The notes under the pieces: generated by a model
Database searches by the model: none
What the model was told of the DNA's origin: nothing
Seen by the model: the letters and a program-made list of their open reading frames with translations, nothing else
Shown here: in pieces, positions 1 through 8,162 of the stretch
Numbering within the stretch: position 1 is the stretch's first letter
Layout of the letters: each line of letters starts with the position of its first letter
Assembly (NCBI GenBank): GCA_018985225.1
Contig: JADGIF010000424.1
Coordinates: 1-8,844 of the forward strand
DNA: 8,844 bases
From: Amoeboradix gromovi X-113
Taxonomy: Eukaryota > Fungi > Sanchytriomycota
Direction of reading: 5' to 3'
Translations under genes and position numbers: made by a program

Positions 1-190
1 GGCGGGATTGAATAAGGATGCATATACTTGATGTATATGTTCCTTGCTGCCATATGGTCTCTATCTATCTCCAAATGACAGTTGGTACAAGTGTAGGTTT
101 CCAAATTGGTTTTCTTTAGAGTGCCACATATTGTACATGGCATCGAATTTACCTCTTTGGACCAGCTTATCAGTCTGAGACGAATGTATG
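1..190 (-). pseudogene. Fanzor/TnpB (Fanzor2-like) C-terminal relic, copy L; truncated by the window edge and internally deleted upstream
   Basis: Minus strand 140..3 reads without stops PCTICGTLKKTNLETYTCTNCHLEIDRDHMAARNIYIKYMHPYSIP, i.e. a CxxC...CxxC zinc ribbon plus the RuvC-III DRDxxAARNI motif of TnpB/Fanzor. 141-190 retains only short colinear blocks (tcgtct, gataagc, ggtcc, caaagagg..cgatg) of the 8160-8325 sequence of the right copy. Confidence 0.9.
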
Positions 191-350
191 CTGTACCTGC
201 TAATTATTTCTTTAGAATTGATTTACCATTTGCGAAAAGGAAGAATATCTAGTATTTAAGCTATTAGAAAAATCTGGAAAAGTCTTGAAATTATACAAAA
301 AAACATACAAATTCGCGATAAATGATTTATTCAAGAAAATAGTCAAGCTA
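1..350. repeat. Inverted repeat partner of ~7985-8463 (dispersed Fanzor-carrying element copy)
   Basis: Reverse complement of 1-54 matches 8409-8463 with 1 mismatch and 1 indel. RC of 55-139 matches 8324-8408 at 66/85. RC of ~240-350 matches 7985-8095 at about 98/111. RC of 185-221 matches ~8126-8162. Confidence 0.95.
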
Positions 351-371
351 TATGACTTCAAATGATTGCAT

Positions 372-611
372 TAGAGCTCTACAAAATACATCTTTGACTA
401 GTAAATGCTTTATTGTATTTCATGTTTTCATATCACTAGCTCTACTCTTAAACCTCATTTTTAGACCAGTTTCTGACTGTAGAATACTCAATTTTATCGC
501 TAAGAGACCTCTTAATACTTGATATGTTTTGGCTGTAAAGATCTGCAGATACTTGCCACACATGACAAGAGCTAAATATTCTAATTTTATTCGATTAGCG
601 ACTACAGCTAA
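372..611 (-). pseudogene. Second, more eroded Fanzor/TnpB relic (RuvC-II region)
   Basis: RC of 387-414 matches 8302-8329 at 25/28 and reads N-K-A-F-T-S-Q-R-C (cf. N-E-A-F-T-S-Q-T-C). The upstream frame ANRIKLEYLALVMCGKYLQIF...KMRFKS loosely resembles the Fanzor2 segment RIKN...LCKxYDxIxLP...RLKFKC. Confidence 0.55.
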
Positions 612-730
612 GGACTACTGGAGTCAAAAAATTTAAATAATTTGAAATAAATGGTTTATTCAATTAAAATCGATCACTGTCTTAGAACAGAATCAGTGCA
701 ATGTATTCCTGAACTAGATTCGAAACGTTT

Positions 731-846
731 ATTTCTTGCAGCATCTCTAGCATTATATACTAATCGTTGCTTAAAGTATAATCCCTTGTTATTACATCCT
801 GATGGAGTACATTTGGTAATTCATCAACTTGGTTTCCGCGTATTTC
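731..846 (-). pseudogene. Possible heavily deleted Fanzor/TnpB relic
   Basis: Minus strand gives, in the correct order, IRGNQVDEL (cf. IxNxVDEL), DYT-(frameshift)-KQRLVY (cf. HYTFKERLKF of the right copy) and RDAARN (cf. RDHMAARN). The motifs are short and spacers are missing. Confidence 0.4.
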
Positions 847-1397
847 ACTTGAAATTATAGAGTAGCGTAGGTTCCACAATTTATATCCAAATCATTTAGA
901 ATTATGTTGTTATGATGCCCCTAATATGATTCATTTCTTTCCTTCACTATCTAGATATAGGCTTCACTCTATATAATGCAGATAAGACATAGTTGAAAAC
1001 ATGACAGAAAAGAAGAAAATTGTTTTTGCTAAAGAATCGTAATATTATATGGTGGGACTTTAAAGTTTCAAAGTTTATCGTCATTTACGATGTTTCAAAC
1101 TCTAGATTAAAAACTACATCAATGGTATCCTTTTGAGGCTAAAGTTGTGCACGGACTTGCAAACAGAGCTGAAAAGTTTGCGCTTGCAATATCTCATGCT
1201 TTTGTTAAAAAGACCAAACTGCTCATATTAGGCAAGATAAAAATAACCAACCTGCTATCATCGTGAAATGCCATAAAAACACATGGCATGAAAACCAGCT
1301 TTTCAATTTGCAATAAATGGCAAGATTGGTAAAGCTACTTAAGGTCGGGTTTTTAGCTTACAAAATATGATCTACTCTCCTTGGATTTATTCTATGG

Positions 1398-3360
1398 ATG
1401 ATCGATGCTAATGTGATTTTATCCGAAACCAGGATAATCATGGAAACTGCTCAAATTGATTCAAAACCCCAATTATCTGGAATAGAACCAGCTTCTGTAT
1501 CCCCACAAGGCAACTTGACTAGTATTTCTCATGGGTCTTATCAGGGGTTGACTTTAACTTGGCATGACATCAAGTATTCAGTAAATATCAAAAAAGATAC
1601 TAAACAGATATTGAACGGAATATCTGGTGAAGTTAAACCTGGACAAGTAGTTGCCATTATGGGGTCATCTGGAGCAGGCAAATCGTCATTATTGAACATT
1701 CTAGCTGGTAGATTTAATCAAGGTAATTTAAATGGTCAAATCTTGATAAATGGAATGCCGAGAGATCCAAAGAAATTTATAAGTCAGATAAGCTACGTAG
1801 AACAAGACGATTTACTCTTTAGCATGATGACGGTTAAAGAAACTGTAAACTTCAGTGCATTCCTAAGATTACCCTCTGCGATGACCTCAATCAAAAAGAA
1901 GCAGCTAACGACAGAAACCATTCAGCAACTAGGTCTTAACAATTGTCAGGATACTAAGATTGGTTCTAATTTAAAGCGAGGTGTGTCAGGTGGAGAGCGT
2001 AAGCGAACTGCAATCGCTAACGAAGTTGTGTGTGACCCTGATATATTGTTTTTAGATGAACCCACTAGTGGACTAGATGCCTTCATTGCCTATAATATTA
2101 TAGAGACTTTAAAGTCATTGGCTATTAAAGAGAACAAAACCATCCTGCTAACCATTCATCAACCTCGCGAAACTATCATGGATCTGTTTGATAACATTCT
2201 TCTGCTAAGCCAAGGCAAACCCGTGTTTTTTGGCCCTACTAAACAAGCTATTCAGCATTTTGCGGACCTGGGTTTTCCTTGCCCTCGCTTAACAAATCCT
2301 GCTGACCATTTTATTGACATTATAACCCCAGATCTAAGAACCCCTGAGCTTGCTGATTCATCTCTCAAGCGGATTAACAAACTGCAAGATGCATGGGCAT
2401 TCAAATCCCCATTTTCTTATGCTGTAGTTTCTGATTCTACATACAAAGATGCTTATGCAAGAAGATCCTATGGTATAACAAGATATCAAGTAAATTGGAT
2501 TGTAGAGTACACAATGCTCCTAAAGCGTGATTTTAAACAGGTTTTCAAAAATCCTATTGTCCTAGGGGCTACATTTGCTCAAAATGCAATTGTGCTACTC
2601 ATTCTTAGTGCAATTTTCAACAATCTGGACGATAGCCCAGCCGGAATCCAAAACAGAGTTGGCTTTGCTTTCTTTTTATGCGTCAATTTGTATTTTAGAC
2701 TAATTTAGATTTTTTGGAAATGTCATGCCCACAGTCAATACTTTTCCACTAATTAGAACCATCATTAAGAGGGAAAGAACTGCAGGTATGTATAGAAGTA
2801 CCTCTGCCTTTCTGTCCAAGTTTACTTCGATGATTCCTCAAATTTGTTTGCAGATCTGTATTTTAATTCTTCCCATTTATTGGATTATAGGTCTGTACGA
2901 CAATTATGCTAGGTACGGCTACTATATTTTGATATGCGCATTACATATATCAGTAGCTGTTACGTTCGGACTGGCCGTTGGTAGTGCGGTAAAGAACATT
3001 CAAGTTGGACAGATAATAACACCAATTATTGCCGTTATTTTCATTGTGTTTGGGGGTTTGTTTGCCAACTTGGACAGTATTGGTAGTTGGATAAGTTGGG
3101 TCCAGTATATTTCTCCGATTGCTAACACGAATAAAGCGCTAGTGCAAAACGAATTTTACACCAGAACGTTTGACTGTGCTGTAAAATTGGGAGATCGGTG
3201 TTTAGAGGTGACTGGGGAGGATATTGTGAAGAATGTTGGATTGAATTCGCCAGCTATTGATGTGGTTATGGGAGTGAACTTAGCAGTGTTAGGATTCTTC
3301 CTGCTATTGGGAATGCTATGCTTTTCAAGAACAACAAGGCCAATGTTAAGATTGAACTGA
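1398..3360 (+). CDS. ABCG (White/ABCG2-like) half ABC transporter, NBD-TMD order; join(1398..2689,2709..3360), 647 aa (633 aa if the ATG at 1440 is used)
   Basis: Walker A GSSGAGKS, Q-loop SYVEQDD, signature VSGGERKR, Walker B/D-loop ILFLDEPTSGLD, H-loop TIHQP and NPADHF motif, followed by ABC2-type TM helices with RERTAGMY and WISWVQYISP...ALVQNEF. The two track ORFs (1398-2708, 2725-3360) join in frame after removing 2690-2708. Confidence 0.95.
2690..2708 (+). other. Predicted 19-nt spliceosomal intron GTATTTTAGACTAATTTAG
   Basis: GT...AG ends, with a branch-point-like CTAAT directly before TTAG. Removal gives TT+A=Leu and the continuous reading GFAFFLCVNLFFGNVMPTVNTFPLIRTIIKRER, which fits the usual ABCG TM2-to-RER spacing without a gap. 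Confidence 0.8.
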
Positions 3361-3363
3361 TCT

Positions 3364-3369
3364 AATAAA
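3364..3369 (+). terminator. Candidate polyadenylation signal AATAAA
   Basis: AATAAA 3 nt after the ABCG stop codon. The hexamer is common in AT-rich DNA. Confidence 0.4.
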
Positions 3370-3757
3370 CATTATTAAATTAAGCTTCAACTTCTATATT
3401 ACACTAATACTTCAGAGTATATGCCGGAAACAATTCTACTCAGTTGGCATCGAGATACCAAGATAAATGGAGCTTGAATGAGATGTATGAAATTGAAACG
3501 AAGAAGATTTATTGAAACCAAATCTACTTAGCATGGTTTTCTTAATCCACTGTATAAACTAGGCTAATTGATTTTACAGAAATACCATATTTCATCCTGT
3601 AAAATGATGTGAAATACTTCTGCTATCAAAATGTATTATTAACAAAGGACGACTGAAGCCTCTGCTGCGCTTAGAACTGCCATCACTGTAGTAAATTATT
3701 TTCTTTAAAGATTCTCAAGAAAAAAATAGGAACATGGGCATAACGAGTACTTAAGCG

Positions 3758-4063
3758 TCATTTAAATTGTCTGGTAGTATTTTTGCGGATGTACTTTTTC
3801 TTTGGAGGTTCATCGTTGATGTTATGATCTTCAAGCCCTTTCTCGGTAATGATTTTATTTGCAATTTTGGCGCCCAAGTTGAATGCGAAGATCTGAAATA
3901 AATCGGAGTTCATATTTCTCAAGTAGAGACAACTTGAGCAGATACCGTTTAAGCATTTTTGCACGGATTGATATTCTGTAGTCTTCGTGACCGCAATTGC
4001 AAAATTTGAATATTCCCGGATGTACGCTTTCTCTCGATATGGGGTAGACTGCCGGTTTAAGTA
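3758..4063 (-). pseudogene. Start-less 101-codon open frame, unidentified gene fragment
   Basis: Open from 4063 to the stop at 3758: YLNRQSTPYREKAYIREY...EPPKKKYIRKNTTRQFK, with an NLS-like PPKKK. No ATG near the 5' end and no recognised domain. Confidence 0.25.
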
Positions 4064-4244
4064 TCAGCAAGCTATTTAGAAACAAGTTTGTTACAAAAGC
4101 ACGTTATTCCCCGTTTCAGACGTTACTAGTGATTAGGTAACTGATAACCCATGGGACCTGAAAAATGGATGCAGAAACTGTGCTATGATCGTTCATCTGG
4201 AGTCACGGATCACCTATGAGATCTGATCAGTGCGCAAATTCAGA

Positions 4245-4250
4245 TATAAA
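4245..4250 (+). promoter_or_regulatory. TATA-box-like TATAAA
   Basis: TATAAA 23 nt upstream of the ATG at 4274. Confidence 0.4.
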
Positions 4251-4273
4251 GTAGGCCACACCCTCGCTATTAG

Positions 4274-4885
4274 ATGCTTTTTACATTAGCCAGTTCATTA
4301 TCTTTAGAATATTATTCACAACCAAGAATATTGAAGAGAGAAATGTCGTTGAGCGGTAAAGGTGAAGGAACATTCTTCAGCTTAGCCGGAACTACTGCAT
4401 GTGAAACTTCTCAATTAGACAGCGATTTAGTAGTAGCATTACCGCAGGCAGACTACGGAGAAAAGTCATCTACTTGTGGGAAATGTGTAATGGTTACTGG
4501 CGCGAAGGGATCTATCAAAGCCACTATTCAAGACATGTGTCCAAGCTGTGAATCTGGGGATTTGGATATGTCACCAGCAGTATTTCAAGCAGCTGTTGGT
4601 GATTCTTCCATAGGAAGAACATCAATAGCATGGGTTGTAGTACCATGCGATGACTCTGCAGTGCCGCCTACTAAAGATGATACCTCGGCAACTGCTACTG
4701 ATAGTATTGTTGAAAATAACGACCAGACACAACCACCAAAGAACGGTGAAACTCAAGCACTACTGCCTACGACTACACAAGCATCTAAAGAAACAGCATC
4801 ACTAGCGGTTGAAACTGAATCTGAACCGGAAGCTGCAGAAACCACTTTAGCTTACGATTTCCTTGAAGAAATAGACGACCAGTAA
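4274..4885 (+). CDS. Secreted RlpA-like/expansin-like (loosenin-type) DPBB protein with acidic Thr/Glu-rich tail, 203 aa
   Basis: GKGEGTFF...TAC...VVALP...CGKCVMV...ATIQDMCPSC...DLDMSPAVF...GRTSIAWVVVPC is the canonical fungal RlpA-like DPBB pattern. It has a short hydrophobic N-terminus, a Kex2-type KR at aa 21-22 and a low-complexity tail from aa ~126. Confidence 0.92.
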   Translation: MLFTLASSLSLEYYSQPRILKREMSLSGKGEGTFFSLAGTTACETSQLDSDLVVALPQADYGEKSSTCGKCVMVTGAKGSIKATIQDMCPSCESGDLDMSPAVFQAAVGDSSIGRTSIAWVVVPCDDSAVPPTKDDTSATATDSIVENNDQTQPPKNGETQALLPTTTQASKETASLAVETESEPEAAETTLAYDFLEEIDDQ

Positions 4886-5341
4886 ATACATAGACTTAAT
4901 ACATTAAATTAAATTTTTAAATTTGCTGTCTTCCGCTTAATTGAATTCACTTTAAGTGGGTTAAATCGGAAGCTCTTCCGATAGATAGGCGAGGTTTGAA
5001 AAGATTTCATAACTCGGTTCCCAAGAGTACTTGATTCCGCTACTTTCGGAACATGCTTCGCTAATTGTAGATATTTTTAAGCCTACAGTCACATCTTCAA
5101 TTGGGGTACAAAGGATACAATAACCTACTACAATACGATGATTAGATTCCTGATGTAAAAAACAGCATTTTTGAAAATATCTCGGCAGTGTTTGCCAAGT
5201 TTGGACTATAATTCACATTGCAAGCCCCATATGGGACACCAAATATAAAAACTAGACTAACTCGTTTTTAAAGAAGGTGCTCCATACGGAGGAAATGCTA
5301 TCATTAATAAAAGATTTGAAGTGTAATAGTGATATTTTATT

Positions 5342-5482
5342 TGAAAGAGTAGGAGAATAGCTGTACAGAATATTTATTTTTGAAATTTCGATACAAAAAG
5401 TTATTTATTCTCCTTTTATACTCGTCAACTCCGCAACTAGCTGAATGTCCACTCGCCTTTTAAATCCATAAAATTAATAAAG
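5342..5482. repeat. Direct repeat copy 1 (~140 bp), partner 8706-8844
   Basis: Near-identical sequence tgaaagagta...taataaag with about 6 differences including 2 single-base indels. Confidence 0.97.
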
Positions 5483-5950
5483 CGGAAATAATGTTCCAAG
5501 TTGTTACAGAAAGTTAGTCCAGTTTTTATATTTGATGTCACATATGTTTTCCAAAGTTCTTCACTCTCAAAGGGCTCCTCGACAATAAAATCAGAGCAAT
5601 TGCGTAAGGAAGAAGTTATATTATAGAGTACCTGCTCTACAACACCTAGGTAGTCACACATGCCATTACGCGTTTTTCTTTTATCAAAACAATCAAGCAG
5701 TTCGGATGCTTTCTGCAGCGGACTTTTGAATCTAAACTGTAAAATTTTGGACCAGCTGGCAGAGATCAACGCTAATTTTTATTCCAGTTGAAAGAGATGT
5801 GCTCGTGATAAAGCAATAAAATCATTGAGATCCGATTTTTTGGGTGGTGTCATTGCTGATTTATGGCTATCATTCATCGTTTTCGTAGTAGTTATGTGCA
5901 GTGCTTCTTGTTCCTCAGAAATTGCGGCTTGCTATAGTGTCGAGGAGATT
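5437..5950 (-). pseudogene. Decayed multicopy gene of unknown family
   Basis: The track ORF 5437-5769 has a TTG start and extends upstream in the same frame to 6042 with only two stops (TAA 5781-5779 in LE*KL; TAG 5934-5932 in TL*QA). Its 3' end lies in the repeat duplicated at 8706-8844. Confidence 0.5.
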
Positions 5951-6175
5951 GCCAGAATCTTAAACGCTCTGTTGGTCGAAAAACGAATATTAGTAGAAGC
6001 TAATGTAAAATCGTTTATTGATACTGTAAAACATAATTTAGATCAAATTGTTCAGGATCTGTGTTAATGTGATAGTATTGATCCAAAGTGTATGATGGGT
6101 ACACATCATAGTAACTGTACTGCATATTTCGTGTCGCTTGGTTTTAAAGGAGGACTTTTTGACTTAATTTATTAC

Positions 6176-6224
6176 GTCATGAGGCAAAATCATCGACAGA
6201 CGTTTTCATCATCCGTGCTTCACG
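6176..6224 (-). repeat. Eroded copy of the Fanzor element 3' terminus
   Basis: Ordered blocks gtcatga / aaaatcat / cgacaga / tcat / ccgtg / tcacg are shared with 7305-7368. Confidence 0.55.
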
Positions 6225-6271
6225 TCTATATTTTTAGTTAAATACCCAACTGAACCACTTTTGTAGTACCT

Positions 6272-7285
6272 ATGCTCTTTCTTTTTTCATTGTTTGCTGA
6301 TATGGTTAGGCCAGGGCTATTCAAAAGATCCGATTCTTGTTACGGGAGAGTCTCACTTCCTCGTAAATATAACAAGTCTTGCGGCTCTTGCATTTTAATC
6401 TCTTGCGGCAAGTTAGCTCAGGTAGCTCATGTCCGCGAACCTAGCCCCAACAAGAATGTGTATATGGAAAACAGCTTTTATCATTCGTTGTGCGGTAATG
6501 CTCAACATCCAAGAGTCTACTGGAAGAGTGTGGCATGTCCTTCTGTTGAAAACTCTGGTAAGAAACCAATCTCAGCACCCGAATCTTCTTTGGCGATTGT
6601 TCTTTTTAAACCGATAAAAGGAGAAGTGTGGAAGCGAGGTCAGAACTTGGACGCCATTGTTGAGTGGGTTGAGGGTGTTAATACTGCACCAACCAGCTAC
6701 CCCAAATACCTTAGTTTGTACTTTGTAGACCTTGGTTTAAATCGAGTATTTAAAATCACAGAGTTCAACGAATCCAAATGGCGGAGATGGATATTTGGTA
6801 TTGCTGTAGGTGACAACTTGAATGTGGTTCCCAACCTAAGCGATGGCTTTTATTATGTCCAGGTATGTGACTCTGAGAGTGACAAAAAGTGCTCTTATAC
6901 AAATAAAATTGAAATTAAAGGTCAAATAGGCAGTTTTAAATTTGAGCTCTCAAAACCTGTAGTAGGCGAAGTATGGAAACGTGGTGAGTCTAGCAAAGTG
7001 ATTCAATGGCTCGATAGTGACCTACCACCTGGTTATCCTGAGTTTATCAATATTTATGTGCTAGATTCAAGGATGCACAGAGTTTTTACTGTTGCTACTT
7101 ACAATCCATCAATTAATTCTAAATGGACATTTGGGTATAAGGTTCTTAATAACGCTAATTTGGTGCCTGATTCATTAGCTGATGGATCGTACTACATACA
7201 GATTGTAGACTCGAATAATCCCGCATTGGTAGCAACCAGTAAAATGATAGAGATCAGCGGTGGCAGTGATTATAAACCTAAGTAA
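6272..7285 (+). CDS. Putative secreted protein, 337 aa: degenerate RlpA-like DPBB (aa ~27-90) plus two tandem ~107-aa repeats (aa ~109-217, ~224-330) resembling Kre9/Knh1-N-type Ig-like domains
   Basis: Long clean ORF with a short hydrophobic N-terminus and KR at aa 18-19. VSLP..Y...CGSCILI...A.V.E..P...VYM...F...W..V.C aligns with the neighbouring DPBB. The repeats share KPxxGEVWKRG, W, YP, RVF, WxFG, NxNxVP, LxDGxYYxQxxDS and IEIxG. Confidence 0.88.
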   Translation: MLFLFSLFADMVRPGLFKRSDSCYGRVSLPRKYNKSCGSCILISCGKLAQVAHVREPSPNKNVYMENSFYHSLCGNAQHPRVYWKSVACPSVENSGKKPISAPESSLAIVLFKPIKGEVWKRGQNLDAIVEWVEGVNTAPTSYPKYLSLYFVDLGLNRVFKITEFNESKWRRWIFGIAVGDNLNVVPNLSDGFYYVQVCDSESDKKCSYTNKIEIKGQIGSFKFELSKPVVGEVWKRGESSKVIQWLDSDLPPGYPEFINIYVLDSRMHRVFTVATYNPSINSKWTFGYKVLNNANLVPDSLADGSYYIQIVDSNNPALVATSKMIEISGGSDYKPK

Positions 7286-7304
7286 ATTGATTTTACATAA
7301 ACCT

Positions 7305-7550
7305 GTCATGATACGAGAAAATCATGACTTTCGACAGAGAGACTGACTCATTACCGTGGTTACTCACGCTTCCACTACCTGAGATGTGATTGAATAATGT
7401 GGCCTATCTACTCATAAATGTACACTTTCAATATCTTAACAATTTCAGTTACTGCAAAGTCCTTAAACAAAGTGCTGACACACCATTGACATCCTCTTTT
7501 TGTCTAATACATGAGAGTCTCTCATTAGGACAGTCTATTTGAGGAAGATA
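7305..7550 (-). mobile_element. Eroded Fanzor element copy with the 3' non-coding terminus best preserved
   Basis: RC of 7314-7344 matches 8515-8545 at 26/31. RC of 7360-7397 aligns to 8448-8487. A perfect 8-bp terminal hairpin lies at 7305-7328. Weaker similarity to the coding part (aaagtgt-cattt..tagatagg; aaagagga..atggt) extends to ~7550. Confidence 0.75.
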
Positions 7551-8162
7551 TGTAGTTGTTTTATTAGGAATAGCGGCATTAGTACCTCTATTGATTGCGA
7601 AATTATTTGAAGAAACGGTTACCAAAGGACCTGCAAAACCTATGCCTAATACTGTATGAATATTTGGAAAAGATGTTGCTTATCCTTTTTTACTTTTGCT
7701 TTATTTGGAGAAATAGGAGTCGGTAATCTAGTTTAATTAATGCTCTAAGTGGTTTGCGAGATGATGAAAAACTGGCAGCAAAGGTAGGTCTGATGTATGT
7801 TAATTCTACAACTACTGAACCTAGATCATATTTATTTTTGGCGAAAAAATAATTTTTTGTGATATTCCAGGAGCAAGTTCGCCTGACTTGAGTTCAGAAC
7901 TTTCCAAAAGTAGGAACAGCGTTTTACTGTTTAATAAATAATTGTTTTTGTCATTCGATTTTGTCAAGAAATGTAATTTAGGTACAGCTCGATTGTTTTC
8001 TTGAATAAATTATTTATCGCGAATTTGTATGCATTTTTGTATAATTTCAAGACTTTTCAAGATTTTTCCTATAGCTCAAGTACTCGATATTCTTCATGAA
8101 ATCAATGAATGTAATCCTGAACATGTCAAATCTAAAGAAATAACTAACAGGTACAGCATACA

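Noticed and set aside
1-54. Terminal inverted repeats of one large DNA transposon (with 8409-8463)
   Set aside because: The repeat is the Fanzor coding 3' end, homology continues outward past 8463 in another copy, and no TSD or transposase is visible. These are dispersed copies, not TIRs.
651-860. 69-aa + strand ORF as a real gene
   Set aside because: No recognisable motif. The opposite strand carries Fanzor-like motif remnants.
930-1265. Further Fanzor or ABC-like remnants (cttcactatctagat; AISHAFVKKTKLLILGKI)
   Set aside because: The similarities are too short and fit two unrelated families equally well.
2725-3360. Separate membrane-protein gene
   Set aside because: It is the C-terminal TMD of the ABCG gene, joined via the 2690-2708 intron.
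3855-4085. 76-aa minus ORF
   Set aside because: Non-ATG start, overlaps the longer 3758-4063 frame, and has no motif.
4965-4982. Hairpin atcggaagctcttccgat as a Helitron 3' end
   Set aside because: No CTRR terminus at the expected distance and no second copy in the window.
5437-6042. Alternative genetic code (TAA/TAG = Gln) suggested by LE*KL and TL*QA
   Set aside because: The three intact genes (~1190 codons) use only CAA/CAG for Gln, have no internal TAA/TAG after splicing, and two end in TAA. Ordinary nonsense mutations explain the stops.
5825-6067. 80-aa + strand ORF with a hydrophobic N-terminus
   Set aside because: It has a TTG start and is the antisense shadow of the minus-strand relic. 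The distal half might be an unrelated fragment but cannot be supported.
6429-6617. 62-aa ORF
   Set aside because: Out-of-frame shadow within the 337-aa gene.
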